Shown: positions 26,996 to 38,442, counted from the stretch's first letter. The stretch: DNA of 55,431 bases from Candidatus Zhuqueibacterota bacterium (GCA_016783505.1 JADHWK010000013.1:1-55431), one strand, 5' to 3'. Notes: a model not told the origin generated them from the sequence alone. Translations and numbers: made by a program.

Positions 26996-28402
26996 TTAGT
27001 AAGCATTTTTCCCGGTAAATATTTCCCAAAAGGTCTTCAAGATTATTTTGATGTCGAAAACCAATGACCAGTTTTCCACATAGAACACATCAAACTTTGT
27101 CCGTTCTTCGATTGAGGTATTACCGCGCCAGCCGTTGACCTGGGCCCAACCCGTCATTCCCGATTTTACCCGGTGTCTCTCCAGATATTTGGAGACTTGG
27201 TTACTAAATTTTTTTACGAAGAAAGGACGTTCAGGCCTCGGTCCCACCAAACTCATCTCCCCATTCAAGACATTGATCAACTGGGGGATTTCATCTAAGC
27301 TGAGCCTACGGAGGAATTTGCCCACTTTAGTCACCCGCTGGTCATTCTGACTGGCCCAAATCGGCCCGGTGGAAGACTCGGCATCTTGTTTCATAGAGCG
27401 AAATTTTAGCATCCAAAATTCCTTGCCGTCAAAGCCGATCCGGAGTTGCCGATAAAAAACGGGACCAGCCGAGTCCAGCTTGATCAGCGCAGAGAAAACC
27501 AGAAAGAACGGGCTGAGTACTACCAATGAAACCGCAGAAAGGACCACATCGAAACAGCGTTTGAGGACGGCATTCCACCCCGATATGGGAACCTTCTTGA
27601 TGGTCAATAAGTGAATCCCGCTGATCTCGGTGACCTCAGGCTGGCTAGTTAAAAGCTCCAGCATGTCGGGGACCACCAAAAATTCAATGTTCACCCCTTC
27701 GCATTTTTTTAGAATGGTCATTAGCGAAGGATGTTCCTGATACGTCAGGGCGATAAAAAGTAGGTCTAAGCCCTTTTCTTTGATGATTTCATCCAGTCTA
27801 TCTAAGGTGCCCAAGAACAATTCCTTCCTTTCCGGGTTGGAAGTGACCCCAACAAAACCCAGAACCCGGTATCCCAGATCCGGATGGTCTTTGATCCTCT
27901 GATAAAGGCTTTCCCCCCCCTGGCTTGAGCCAACAATGGCGGTGTTCAGGGTACCTACCCCACTCCTGTAAAGCCGTTTTCGCAATCGAATGACGGCCGC
28001 CCTTTCCACCGTCACAAAAACGATGCTGACCACCCACAGGATAGCAAAGACCAGCCGGGAATAAGAAAACCCCCGATAGAGAAAGCCTAAGGACATCGCC
28101 ACCAGCATCCCGGTTGAAACGGCTTTGGCCACCAGATAAAGTTCATCCAAAAGGCCAATGGTCCATCGCAATCGGTATAGTTTAAAGAAATAAAGGATCG
28201 GAAGCCAGGCGAAGATTACCAGCATGGAAAAGTATATATAACCCCCCAGGGGGGGATAGCCTTTAGTAACGGGAAAAATATCGGTAAAGGGGGAATAAAA
28301 CCGAATCCAATAGGAGGTTAAGAATGCCAGTTCAATGGCTAAAACATCAAAAATAATGGCTAGTAAGGGTATCAGTACATCCCCTTTACGTCGAGAGAAC
28401 AT
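26996..28402 (-). CDS. wcaJ: Undecaprenyl-phosphate glucose phosphotransferase (WcaJ-type)
   Basis: KR.FD, KFRSM, LDEIPQL.NVL.GEMSLVGPRPERP, GMTGWAQVNG; start ATG 28402. Confidence 0.85.
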   Translation of the reverse strand: MFSRRKGDVLIPLLAIIFDVLAIELAFLTSYWIRFYSPFTDIFPVTKGYPPLGGYIYFSMLVIFAWLPILYFFKLYRLRWTIGLLDELYLVAKAVSTGMLVAMSLGFLYRGFSYSRLVFAILWVVSIVFVTVERAAVIRLRKRLYRSGVGTLNTAIVGSSQGGESLYQRIKDHPDLGYRVLGFVGVTSNPERKELFLGTLDRLDEIIKEKGLDLLFIALTYQEHPSLMTILKKCEGVNIEFLVVPDMLELLTSQPEVTEISGIHLLTIKKVPISGWNAVLKRCFDVVLSAVSLVVLSPFFLVFSALIKLDSAGPVFYRQLRIGFDGKEFWMLKFRSMKQDAESSTGPIWASQNDQRVTKVGKFLRRLSLDEIPQLINVLNGEMSLVGPRPERPFFVKKFSNQVSKYLERHRVKSGMTGWAQVNGWRGNTSIEERTKFDVFYVENWSLVFDIKIILKTFWEIFTGKNAY

Positions 28403-29555
28403 AGGGTTTCCCTTGATTGATTTTTTCGGTAATAAATTTTTTAATTTTTTCTTTAAAGACAGAGAGATCGAACCCCATGGCATGTTCACGGATCCTCTCC
28501 GGGACGAAAGCGTAGGGGTCAAATCCCCTCACCGCTTTCATTAAACTCTCCGCTGATTGCTCTGGGAAGAAAATCCCGGTAGCTCTTTCAGGGTTAACCA
28601 TTGGGAAATCACCCCGCCATCCCAGTTTTAGGGATATGGGATGGGGTATTACAGTCTCCAGGACCCCACCCCGCCCATAAGCAATTACCGGTTTGCCCAC
28701 CGCTTGGGCCTCCAAGGGGACAATGCCGAAGTCCTCTTCACCCGGAAAGATGAGGGCCTGGCACCCGGCGTAAAATTGGGCCAGTTGGCCTTCGGCCTGC
28801 CAGGGGAAAAATTCTATATTCTTTCGTGCCCTCCTGATTAACCTTTTCTTCTCCGGGCCCTGACCGACAATCACTAACCTAAGACCCAAATCATTGAAGG
28901 CCTCAACGGCTAAATCAATTCGCTTGTATGGAACCAGAGCCGACACGATCAAGAAGTAGTCTTCGGACCTTTTTGAAAGGGGGAAAGCCCGGGTATTGAC
29001 TGGGGGGTAAATGACCTCGGCCTCCCGGTGATAGTGTCTCCGAATACGCATTCTGACATTTTGGGAGTTAGCCAAAAAATAATGCACCCTATCCGAACTG
29101 GCCACATCCCATTGACGCAGATAATTCACCATCCGGGGGACCAGTTGGCCAGCCAAGGGGGAAAGTTTATTCACCCCAAAATAGTGGTAATACATATCCC
29201 ATACGTAGCGCATTGGGGTATGGACATAGCTGATATGCAGGGCATGGGGGGCGGGGATTACCCCTTTCGCCACGCAATGACTGGTGGAGATGATCAGATG
29301 GAATCCCCGGAGGTCAAACCCCTCGATGGCCCGGGGAAAGAGGGGAAGATAATAGCGGTATTTCCCCCGAGCAAAGGGGAGGTATCGGATGAAGGATTCC
29401 TTAATCCTCATCTTTTCAATCCCCGGGGACACCGCCCCCCTTCGGTGCAGAAGGGTGAAAAGGGTGGCTTGGGGAAATAGTTCACATAAGACCTCAAGGA
29501 CCTTTTCACCACCCCTCATGCCTGTAAGCCAATCATGAACCAGAGCTACTTTCAC
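28386..29555 (-). CDS. GT4 glycosyltransferase (mannosyltransferase-like)
   Basis: VHDWLTGMRGGEKVL, HTPMRY.WD, EDFGIVPLEAQA. Confidence 0.9.
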   Translation of the reverse strand: MKVALVHDWLTGMRGGEKVLEVLCELFPQATLFTLLHRRGAVSPGIEKMRIKESFIRYLPFARGKYRYYLPLFPRAIEGFDLRGFHLIISTSHCVAKGVIPAPHALHISYVHTPMRYVWDMYYHYFGVNKLSPLAGQLVPRMVNYLRQWDVASSDRVHYFLANSQNVRMRIRRHYHREAEVIYPPVNTRAFPLSKRSEDYFLIVSALVPYKRIDLAVEAFNDLGLRLVIVGQGPEKKRLIRRARKNIEFFPWQAEGQLAQFYAGCQALIFPGEEDFGIVPLEAQAVGKPVIAYGRGGVLETVIPHPISLKLGWRGDFPMVNPERATGIFFPEQSAESLMKAVRGFDPYAFVPERIREHAMGFDLSVFKEKIKKFITEKINQGKPYVLST

Positions 29556-30651
29556 CCATCTCCATTAAAATTTTCATCACTTCATCCGACGTTATTTGCT
29601 TCATACACTCCTTGGTCCCGCATTCAGGGAATTTGCCCCGGTGGTAACAGGGAGAACATAATAATCTTTTATAAATCACCCTATGAGATATTCCGACAGG
29701 GGCCTTTCGTTTGGGATCGGTGGGTCCGAAAAGGGCAATGGTGGGAACTTTTACCGCTGTCGCCAGGTGCATAAGCCCCGAATCATGGGCCACTACCACT
29801 TTGCAGACTCTCATAACAGCCGCGGTTTGCAACAGGGTAGCTTTCCCGACCAGGGAATAGACCCCATTCCCCACCCCTTCCATTATTCTCGAACTTATGG
29901 CTTCTTCCCCAGGACCGCCGAAGAGGACTACATGATAGTCCTTGGTCCGAAGTTTTCGAACCAACTCTAAATATCCATCCCATCGGCGTTGGGGCATATC
30001 CTCACCGGGGTTTCTGGCCCCACCGGGACAGAGGCCGATAATAGGCATATTCATCAGGTCGTTTTCCCTTATAAATTCCCTGGAAAAATCTTCGTCTTTT
30101 AAATCAGGAAAAACTTCCATCTGCATGTCCAAATCGGAACTGCCCACGAAAGATGGGAGCTTATTGTAGATGGAGATTTCGTGGTCAACTCCGTCCTCCT
30201 TTATCCTATGTGTGTGCGGAAAACCCTCCCCATCACAGTCAAGCCCCACCCGAAATCTTCCCCCCACCAATAGCGCGAACAAATTGAGTACCAGAGATCG
30301 GTGAAATACAAAGATGAGGTCAAACTTCTCCTGCCTCAGCTTAAGAACTAATAGCCATAGTTTCCATAGATGGTGATGGTGGAAGCTTTGATCATCAACG
30401 ACAAAAACGCGGTCCAGATGGGGATTTCCCCGAACCACCCCAGCAGACCATTCACCGATCAGCATGCTAATCTCCGCGTGAGGGAATAATTTCCTAAGAT
30501 TTCTAATAGCCGGGGTAGCATTCAACACATCGCCAATGGCGAAGAGTTTCATGATCAATATCTTTTTGATCGTTGACAGATCGATATTACGGTCCAAAGG
30601 GATTTTGAACGGTTGAAACAGTAGATTTCCCAGTGAATAGATTGGTTTCAT
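29533..30651 (-). CDS. GT9 heptosyltransferase-family protein
   Basis: AIGDVL.ATP, HDSGLMHLA.A, LFGPT. Confidence 0.88.
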   Translation of the reverse strand: MKPIYSLGNLLFQPFKIPLDRNIDLSTIKKILIMKLFAIGDVLNATPAIRNLRKLFPHAEISMLIGEWSAGVVRGNPHLDRVFVVDDQSFHHHHLWKLWLLVLKLRQEKFDLIFVFHRSLVLNLFALLVGGRFRVGLDCDGEGFPHTHRIKEDGVDHEISIYNKLPSFVGSSDLDMQMEVFPDLKDEDFSREFIRENDLMNMPIIGLCPGGARNPGEDMPQRRWDGYLELVRKLRTKDYHVVLFGGPGEEAISSRIMEGVGNGVYSLVGKATLLQTAAVMRVCKVVVAHDSGLMHLATAVKVPTIALFGPTDPKRKAPVGISHRVIYKRLLCSPCYHRGKFPECGTKECMKQITSDEVMKILMEMGESSSGS

Positions 30652-31829
30652 CCCCGGCCCACCCCTTTCTCCTCTAGGGAGTGATAGACCGCTAAGGTTT
30701 CCCTTGCGGTCTTATCCCATGAGAATTTCTTGGCCTGCATTAATCCCGCGGTGATCAGCTTTTTCCTTAATTCGGATTTGTTTATGACATCATAAATAGC
30801 ACGTGCCATTTCATCAGGTTCGTATGGATTAATAAAAAGAGCTGCTTTACCCACTACTTCCGGAATTGACGATAGATCAGTGGTTATCACCGGGGTTCCA
30901 CAGTTCATCGCCTCTAAAGGCGGTAGTCCGAACCCTTCATAGATTGAAGGAAAAACAAAAACGTCAGCTGCCTTATATAGGTATGGCAAATCATCCTTGG
31001 AGACGAAACCTATGATCCTCACCCGATCGCTGAGACCCAGTTTTTGAATCACCGCCCTTAATTCTGGATATTCCGGTTCTTCATGAATTTTACCCGCTAA
31101 TACCAATTCGCAATCCAGACTCGAGTAATGGAGAAGGCGGAAGAAGGCCTGTATCAATCCTAATACATTTTTTCTCGGGTCAATTCCGCCGATATAAAGG
31201 ATAAATTTTTTATAAATACAGTATTTTTCCCGAACCAGTCGAAATTTATTTATACGATTATCTTCAGAGACCATATCATCGGCGGCTAAATATATCACCT
31301 TTATTTTATCCGGTCTGATTCCATAATACTTAATAATGTCCTTTTTAGAATGCTCTGAAATGGTGATAATGACGGCGGATTTTTGGACCACCCTCCTGTC
31401 AATCAGATGTTTAAGTTTATACAAGGGGCTCTTATACCATATTCTCAAATCCGGCAGCGCCAATTCAATGAGATCGAGAATAGTCACCACGGTCTTTTGG
31501 GGGCAATACCAAGGAACATCCTTATGGCAGAAAAAATGAAAGGCATCAGCCTTCAATCGTTTCAGGGTCATGTTAAGAAAGAGTTGAGTATTTAATTCTT
31601 CCCGACCAAGACTAAACACTTGGGGAAAATTGTGATATAATCTAAAAATATTATGCCCTCCATCCCTATAATCAACTGGTTTATTTTTATCGAAAAGAAG
31701 ATAGAAATCATCGGATGGAGCTATCTTGGGTAACTGACTGATAAGGTGTTCCGCGTACCTTCCTATCCCCCTCGTCTTATGTCCCTTAAACCCGGTTTGA
31801 ATTCCCCGGGCATCCAAGCCTATGAGCAT
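30648..31829 (-). CDS. GT4 glycosyltransferase
   Basis: [28 protein letters not shown]. Confidence 0.9.
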   Translation of the reverse strand: MLIGLDARGIQTGFKGHKTRGIGRYAEHLISQLPKIAPSDDFYLLFDKNKPVDYRDGGHNIFRLYHNFPQVFSLGREELNTQLFLNMTLKRLKADAFHFFCHKDVPWYCPQKTVVTILDLIELALPDLRIWYKSPLYKLKHLIDRRVVQKSAVIITISEHSKKDIIKYYGIRPDKIKVIYLAADDMVSEDNRINKFRLVREKYCIYKKFILYIGGIDPRKNVLGLIQAFFRLLHYSSLDCELVLAGKIHEEPEYPELRAVIQKLGLSDRVRIIGFVSKDDLPYLYKAADVFVFPSIYEGFGLPPLEAMNCGTPVITTDLSSIPEVVGKAALFINPYEPDEMARAIYDVINKSELRKKLITAGLMQAKKFSWDKTARETLAVYHSLEEKGVGRG

Positions 31830-31849
31830 AGAATTATGAATAAACTTAA

Positions 31850-32827
31850 TTAAGAATTTCTTCTTTCTAATTCAAGATCATGTTCTACCATTTCTTCAAT
31901 AAGATCTTTGAAGGAAATATTGTAATTCCATTTAATTTCTTTTTTAGCTTTAGAGCAATCCCCCTGCAATAACTCCACCTCAGCAGGCCTAAAGAAGTTG
32001 GGATCAACAACAATGTAATCTTTGTAATTTAAACCCACACATGAGAAAGCAATTTCAACAAATTCTTTCACAGAATGGGTTTCACCCGAAGAAATAACCA
32101 GATCAACAGGTTTACTATTCTGAAGCATATTCCACATGGCTTTTACATATTCCTTTGCATGACCCCAGTCCCTTTTTGCTTCTAAATTCCCCAAGCGAAG
32201 CTCTTTTGTTTTACCCAGTTTAATATGAGCAACATGTGATGTTACTTTCCTTGTTACAAATTCATATCCTCGACGTGGTGATTCATGATTATATAAAATA
32301 CCACTTACTGTAAACATATTGTAGGCTTCGCGATAGTTTCTTGTTAAATGATATCCTGCAACTTTGGATATTCCATATGAAGATCTAGGATGGAACCTTG
32401 TATTCTCATTTTGGGGGGTTTCTTCTGCTTTACCGAACATTTCACTGGATCCTGCAAAATAGAATTTACAATCCGGACAAATTTGTTTGAGGGACGACAA
32501 AATATAATGAGTACCATTTATGTTGGTATTGAAGGTGGAAAATTCATCCTCGAACGAATAGCTGACGAAGCTTTGTGACGCTAAATGATAACACTCATCC
32601 GGCTGTACTTCTAAAATCGTTTGATAAATACTTGCAAAACTTTCCAAAGATGCGGAACAAATATGGATATCCTTCAAAATATGATTAATACGCCACATTC
32701 TATGTCGGATATCCTCAATAGCAACCCGCCGTACCAAACCATATACTTCATATCCTTTATCAAGCAGATATTCTGCTAGATAAGATCCATCCTGTCCTGT
32801 AATCCCAGTTATTAACGCTCTTTTCAT
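31850..32827 (-). CDS. gmd: GDP-mannose 4,6-dehydratase
   Basis: ALITGITGQDGSYLAE, SSEMFG, YGISK, NHESPRRG.EFVTRK, LGNL.AKRDWG. Confidence 0.92.
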   Translation of the reverse strand: MKRALITGITGQDGSYLAEYLLDKGYEVYGLVRRVAIEDIRHRMWRINHILKDIHICSASLESFASIYQTILEVQPDECYHLASQSFVSYSFEDEFSTFNTNINGTHYILSSLKQICPDCKFYFAGSSEMFGKAEETPQNENTRFHPRSSYGISKVAGYHLTRNYREAYNMFTVSGILYNHESPRRGYEFVTRKVTSHVAHIKLGKTKELRLGNLEAKRDWGHAKEYVKAMWNMLQNSKPVDLVISSGETHSVKEFVEIAFSCVGLNYKDYIVVDPNFFRPAEVELLQGDCSKAKKEIKWNYNISFKDLIEEMVEHDLELERRNS

Positions 32828-32857
32828 TTATGAACCCCTTTCTTAGAATGTCAGTAG

Positions 32858-33502
32858 CTACCTTATTTTTTTCCCAACTATGAAAATGTCACCCAACCGG
32901 TAACGATACCCAAATCTCACTCTATTTAAAAGATGGAGAATAAACAATCGTTTACTTTTAATAACAGTATCTTTATCCGCACCATAGGCTATTATTTGGA
33001 AACCGTAAGATTTTAATAATTCCTTAAGCAAGTCAAGGGGATAAGGCCTGACATGGGTAATGTCTAACCAGAACCGTTCACCCATGACCTCTATATCCCT
33101 AAAATTCGGGGTTATGATTATTAGCCTTCCACCCATTTTTAGACCCTTATTGATTCCTTCTAATAGTTTCATGACTTCTTGGGGAACCAGATGTTCAATT
33201 AGATGACTACAAAACACCCCATCAAATGATTCGGAGTTCTCAGCCAAATAGGTATCCAGCGCTGTACATTCTACGGTTAAACCCTTCCTTTTACAGATTT
33301 CCACCACCTCCTGCGATATATCAATGCCGACCCCTTTTACCCTTTTTCCCCTCAGCAGCTCCAGAAAAACCCCTTTTCCGCAGCCCAGATCTAGGACGTT
33401 TTCTCCTTCGTAGAAATACTGGGTGTACTTCCTCTGGTACCGTCTGATGGTTTCCTCATCACCGCTAAAAGCAAAAATATCCAATTTCTTATCCTGGACC
33501 AT
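32858..33502 (-). CDS. Class I SAM-dependent methyltransferase
   Basis: VLDLGCGKG, H.IEHL, TPN, FWLD.TH.RP. Confidence 0.85.
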   Translation of the reverse strand: MVQDKKLDIFAFSGDEETIRRYQRKYTQYFYEGENVLDLGCGKGVFLELLRGKRVKGVGIDISQEVVEICKRKGLTVECTALDTYLAENSESFDGVFCSHLIEHLVPQEVMKLLEGINKGLKMGGRLIIITPNFRDIEVMGERFWLDITHVRPYPLDLLKELLKSYGFQIIAYGADKDTVIKSKRLFILHLLNRVRFGYRYRLGDIFIVGKKIR

Positions 33503-33510
33503 AAAGATAA

Positions 33511-34941
33511 CTACCCCTTTGCTCTGAGTGTATTAAGCAACCCTAGAACATCCTCTTTTGCCACAGCTTTGAACACAAACAAAGCTGTTAGGTAGACAAT
33601 TGTACAAAATAAAATTAATAATAACAAATGAATCTCATCTTTCAACAAAATTAAGGGTAGAATCAAAAGTGAGGCCAGAAGAATTTTAAAAAAATCAACT
33701 GTAGGAAAAATGGTGGCGAAGCTTTGGCGCACATAATAGAATAAAATACCGAAGCCGACTATCTCCGTCAACACAGTGGCTAAGGCGGCCCCGTTATGGC
33801 TAAATTTTGGGATCAAAATAAAATTTAAGAGAATATTAATTGCTGCGTTCACCACCGCGATATAAAACACTATCCTCTGCTTATCAATGGCCCCGAGGAG
33901 GTGCCCGAAAATGTTAGTGACAAACATTAACGGAAGAACCCAAATGATAATTCTAAGGGTAGTTGCGGCTGGTAGATAATCGGGTGTGTATAGAAAGTGG
34001 ATTATTTGATCAGCAACAAAAGTCACCCCAATGGCAACGGGGAGCGCCAATACTAAGGAATACTTCACCCCGTTTATTCCAGCGTTAACTGCAATGTTCT
34101 TATTCTTCAAAAAGTTTTCAGCTACGAAAGGAAAGATTGCGGTTACCAGGGACCCAGAAAAAACCATCAGGGCGAATATCAAATTATAGGCCGAATTATA
34201 AAGACCAACGGCTTCATCACCCTTCATCTTGGAAAGCATCACCGAATCTATCTTAAAATAAATCATCACAAAAATGCCCGTCAAGGCGAACGGAAGCCCC
34301 CCCTTTATAAGCCTTTTCAATTGATACGTATTAACTGCGAATTGAGGCTTAACAAATTTTTTAAGCAACACAAATAAAGCGACGAACAAGATCAGAATAT
34401 CTGAAAACATGATCATTAACATAATGTTGACTATTGAAAATCTAAAGTAAATAGCTACCAGAACAGCAATAGATTCGATAACCTTTCCTAAGGCCATCAC
34501 CAACGCCTCGTACTGCATCCGTTCAAAAGCGCGAAAGATGGCGATGAAAGAATCGGTATTTACCCTGAGGATGATGCAAACCGAGGCCAGATATACCAGT
34601 TGCCGGTTAATGGCTGAAGTCCGGAGCAAATTGATTATCAGAAAGAGCACCAAATAGGTAAAGAGCGCCAGAATTACTTTGAGGACAATAGCGTTTCCCA
34701 AGAATCGTTCCGCTGCAGCTTTATCTTTGGCAACTTCACGGGTAAGCAATGGCGTAATGCCGAGGTCGAAAAGGGGGTTAAATAGAAACACAAAAGCAAA
34801 GGCAAAGGTATATTTTCCGTATTGCCCAGTGCCCAAGTATCGTGTCAGAAGGACAACAACAACAAAACCAATAAACCGGGCAAAGATTTGGGCGGTAAGA
34901 AGGATCAATGAATTCTTGGCCACTCTGTTTTCAATTGGCAT
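33511..34941 (-). CDS. wzx: Wzx-type polysaccharide flippase
   Basis: Multi-TM; RYLG...YG, DLG......RE, D..ML.......VG.Y..A, GAA.AT...E. Confidence 0.85.
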   Translation of the reverse strand: MPIENRVAKNSLILLTAQIFARFIGFVVVVLLTRYLGTGQYGKYTFAFAFVFLFNPLFDLGITPLLTREVAKDKAAAERFLGNAIVLKVILALFTYLVLFLIINLLRTSAINRQLVYLASVCIILRVNTDSFIAIFRAFERMQYEALVMALGKVIESIAVLVAIYFRFSIVNIMLMIMFSDILILFVALFVLLKKFVKPQFAVNTYQLKRLIKGGLPFALTGIFVMIYFKIDSVMLSKMKGDEAVGLYNSAYNLIFALMVFSGSLVTAIFPFVAENFLKNKNIAVNAGINGVKYSLVLALPVAIGVTFVADQIIHFLYTPDYLPAATTLRIIIWVLPLMFVTNIFGHLLGAIDKQRIVFYIAVVNAAINILLNFILIPKFSHNGAALATVLTEIVGFGILFYYVRQSFATIFPTVDFFKILLASLLILPLILLKDEIHLLLLILFCTIVYLTALFVFKAVAKEDVLGLLNTLRAKG

Positions 34942-34970
34942 ACTTATTAGGATTCCTTTAGGAAATAACC

Positions 34971-36236
34971 CTATTCAGTTTCATCAAGATTTTGTGAAAA
35001 CCTAGCAGTGAGCCCCAGGATGAACCACACCAGCAATCCGTTCTCCGCATCTGTCTGATAATTCTGGAAAAATCCGGCCACTAAAATGGCGATCAAGGAT
35101 ATTGTCCCCCCCACTGCCAGCGCCCAGTCAATACCTCTATCTTTTATTTTTGGGAGGACAAGAAGGGCCTTTCTGAAGAAAAAAAACCAGATCAAAAGGA
35201 AAGAAGCCAAGCCTACCAGACCCGAGATAACTGCTTCGTTTAAGAAGTCATTATGGGGATGGCAGGTACTCATGTAGTAACCATCAACGCTAAATTCCTT
35301 AAAGGCTTCCCCCCAATTGGCCATTCCTATCCCCAGTAAGGGCCGGCTTTTGATAATTCTTAAGGATGTTCTCCACAGATTTAGCCGGGCCTGCTGGGTC
35401 TCCGTGGTGAAGGACTGGGTTATCCGGGTACGAATTGAAGGCTGAAAAATCAGTAATAGCCCAGCCATTAGCGCCAGGGTAAGCCAGATCTTCCAACGGT
35501 ATCCCTTTGGTAAAAACAATCCCAAGGCAAGAATGCCCCCAAAGGCCCCTATCCAGGCGCTGCGGGCGTAACTCCAGAGCAGAGCCAATCCCAAAAGCCC
35601 CGTAAAAATTCCGAAAAGCAGCTTCTTTTTGACCGTAGGATGAAAAACACCCACCGCCAGGGTCATGAGAAAAACCATCATCACATGCCCCCCATAGGTG
35701 AGGTGATGGGTAAAAAAACCCTCCGCTTCCACCCCATACGCATGCACCCGCAGGGGTTCCCCATGAAGATAATCGAACCCCGAAAAATGCTGCACGAAAG
35801 CGTAGAGGGCCGCTATCAAAGAGGAATAAATGAGAGCTTCAAAAATCTTCTGAATCTGATCATTCCTTTTTACCCCGTAAAACGAGGCAAAGTAGGCCAT
35901 CACGATCCACCTTTCTTCAACATAACTTCTCAAATTAATCTGATATTTAGATAACAGGACTGCCACAAAATCAACGGCCAAAAAAAGAATAATAACCAGG
36001 GAAAGCATATCGAGCGGCCCCCTTTCACCCCTAAAATAGATAAAATGGATGACAATAAAAAGGAGAGCAAGTCCCAATGAAATGTTGGTGATTGAGATAG
36101 ATAATGGGGAGGCGAGAGCAAACAGAATCAAGGCGGTAAAAATGGCCCCATCAAGAACTTTTTCCGCTGGGATTCCTCTCATTGTCCTCACTGTTTTTTG
36201 AAAAATCTGGTGGAGGGAAATGAATTCGTTCTTCAT
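34971..36236 (-). CDS. waaL: O-antigen ligase family protein
   Basis: Multi-TM; S.ARSAW.G, R..LW, P..GIG, HPHND...G..G. Confidence 0.8.
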   Translation of the reverse strand: MKNEFISLHQIFQKTVRTMRGIPAEKVLDGAIFTALILFALASPLSISITNISLGLALLFIVIHFIYFRGERGPLDMLSLVIILFLAVDFVAVLLSKYQINLRSYVEERWIVMAYFASFYGVKRNDQIQKIFEALIYSSLIAALYAFVQHFSGFDYLHGEPLRVHAYGVEAEGFFTHHLTYGGHVMMVFLMTLAVGVFHPTVKKKLLFGIFTGLLGLALLWSYARSAWIGAFGGILALGLFLPKGYRWKIWLTLALMAGLLLIFQPSIRTRITQSFTTETQQARLNLWRTSLRIIKSRPLLGIGMANWGEAFKEFSVDGYYMSTCHPHNDFLNEAVISGLVGLASFLLIWFFFFRKALLVLPKIKDRGIDWALAVGGTISLIAILVAGFFQNYQTDAENGLLVWFILGLTARFSQNLDETE

Positions 36237-37339
36237 AAAGACCTCATCCCGGACCTGGTCAAGAGCCGCTCAAATTTACGGAAGACATCTTCTACCGAAA
36301 TTGGGTTCATATCGTTAGCTTGAGAAAGGATTATCTCACTTAAAACCTTGTAAGGTGCATAGGCATAATAATTCTTCTTAGATTTTGGATAAAGCACTAC
36401 CTGTGGAATCTTGAAGGAGGAAGCCATATGTACTATAGAGGTATCTGTGGTGATTAAAAAATCCATTTCCTCAACTAGGGCAGCGGCTTCCTTAATATCC
36501 TGGGTAAGATAGCTTATCACGACTCGATCGCCCAATAATCTCTTTATGCGGTGACCCCGGGCCTTATCTTGGGAGGTGGTCAAAAGGAAAAGGCTAAAAC
36601 GCCCGTTTTTTTCTAAGATCTTCCGACCCAATTCTGCCCATTTCTCCTCCCCCCATGCCCGACGGGGGTGACCGGCCGACAGGTTAAAGCAAATTTTAAT
36701 CTTCTTAGAAAGATTATACTTAGCCAGAAAGTCCCTTGCCTTATTGACATGGGATCTTGACAGGGAAATATATGGGGTAAGATCCTCCGCCATCGGGTCA
36801 ATGAAAAAGGCCATCAAGACTTGAGCATTCCGCTCAATGATATGACTCTTCATATCATTGGTGGGATCATTAACCAGATTATAAGCGAAGTTATGCCGGG
36901 GATTGGAAATACCAGTGCGATATTTTGTAGAGGAAAACAGTATAAAAAACAGCGAGGTCAAGGAGGGATGGTCTTTGGGATTTACCACGACATCAAATCT
37001 TTCCTGTCTTATAGATCTCATTAATTTAATCATGCTGAAAATATTTTTATCATAAACAAAAATGTTATTTATGTTTGTATCCTCTGAGACTAAATCCCGA
37101 TTAGTGGGACTTGTCAACAGGGAAATTTTAACCCCAGGATAATGTTTTTTCAAAACTTTTATGATGGGGGTGGTGAGGATCAGATCCCCAATCTTTCCCA
37201 TCTGAAGAATCAATATCTTTTTCATTCCAGAGGGGTTAGGATGGTCTACAACTTTGGGTTTGAAAATACTACTCAAAATAGAGAAAAATCCCCTGCGAAA
37301 TCTAGCTTCTAATAATTTGTAAGTTTGATGGGTAATCAT
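36233..37339 (-). CDS. GT9 glycosyltransferase
   Basis: KIGDLILTTP, TDTSIVHMAS. Confidence 0.85.
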   Translation of the reverse strand: MITHQTYKLLEARFRRGFFSILSSIFKPKVVDHPNPSGMKKILILQMGKIGDLILTTPIIKVLKKHYPGVKISLLTSPTNRDLVSEDTNINNIFVYDKNIFSMIKLMRSIRQERFDVVVNPKDHPSLTSLFFILFSSTKYRTGISNPRHNFAYNLVNDPTNDMKSHIIERNAQVLMAFFIDPMAEDLTPYISLSRSHVNKARDFLAKYNLSKKIKICFNLSAGHPRRAWGEEKWAELGRKILEKNGRFSLFLLTTSQDKARGHRIKRLLGDRVVISYLTQDIKEAAALVEEMDFLITTDTSIVHMASSFKIPQVVLYPKSKKNYYAYAPYKVLSEIILSQANDMNPISVEDVFRKFERLLTRSGMRSL

Positions 37340-38442
37340 CCTTCACCCAATTTAGTATTCAAGGTTTCTTGCAGAAAATCCTCCAGGCTTGACACCATCC
37401 TTTCCATACTAAACTGCTCGGTGATCTTCTTTCTTCCAGCATCTCCGAAGGCTTTTAAAAAAGAATCATTGTTAATTAAAGCCCAGATGGCATCGGCGAT
37501 GCCTTGAACATCCCTGGGTTCGACTACATATCCAGTAACACCATCCTCGACCAACTCTCGAACCCCACCCACATCGGTAGCTACTACCGCCTTTCCAAAG
37601 GACATGGCCTCCATAATGCTATTAGGCAGTCCCTCTTCGAGAGAGGTCAGCACAAAAAGGTCCATTTGGGGATAGATTTGGTAAGGATCCTCCTGGTATC
37701 CGAGAAATCTAACCCTACTTTCAATTCCAAGTTCCCGGGATAGCCCCTTTAATTTTCCATCAAGAACACCCGACCCGGCAATAAGAAATGACAAACTGGG
37801 ATCACGCTTTAACAATTCCTGGGCCGCTTTCAAGAAATATACCTGACCTTTGGGCCTGGTCAGTCTGCCGGCGGTCAGGATAATTTTGTCATCCCCAGGA
37901 ATGTCAAAACTCTGTCTGAGATTCAGTCCAATGCCATTGCCCATATTATTGACTTTTATTCCATTGGGGATAACCTCGATAAAATCATCTTTGAACCAGC
38001 CATAGCTTGAATATCTGTTCTTTATGACGGCTGTGTTGGTGATTATTTTATCCACCAATTTGTAGGTTAAAAAATATTTCAGCCTCCTGCTGAAAAGGGG
38101 GTACCCATTTCTGGAAATAACCAGCGGTACCGCCGCCAGCCTGGCCGCCACCCCGCCCAGGCGAATGTCCTTATTAAAATTAGCAATAAGACAATCAATC
38201 TTTCGTCGCCGGAAAAGCCTGATCAACTTAGAGGTCACAATGGGACCGAAATCCCCGGCAATCTTTAAAGGGACCGTAGTTAAGCCAACCTGCTGTGCCC
38301 TGCGGAGAAAGAAAGAATCGGGTTTTCCGATTAACACAACGTAATGTCCGCGTCCTTTTAACCCCTCTGCGGCCGAGACCATCCACTTCTCGCCCCCGCC
38401 CCATTCATCAGGGGGGATAGAATTTAAAAAAGCAATGTTCAT
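37336..38442 (-). CDS. GT4 glycosyltransferase
   Basis: WGGGEKW, EGLPNSIMEAM. Confidence 0.9.
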   Translation of the reverse strand: MNIAFLNSIPPDEWGGGEKWMVSAAEGLKGRGHYVVLIGKPDSFFLRRAQQVGLTTVPLKIAGDFGPIVTSKLIRLFRRRKIDCLIANFNKDIRLGGVAARLAAVPLVISRNGYPLFSRRLKYFLTYKLVDKIITNTAVIKNRYSSYGWFKDDFIEVIPNGIKVNNMGNGIGLNLRQSFDIPGDDKIILTAGRLTRPKGQVYFLKAAQELLKRDPSLSFLIAGSGVLDGKLKGLSRELGIESRVRFLGYQEDPYQIYPQMDLFVLTSLEEGLPNSIMEAMSFGKAVVATDVGGVRELVEDGVTGYVVEPRDVQGIADAIWALINNDSFLKAFGDAGRKKITEQFSMERMVSSLEDFLQETLNTKLGEG

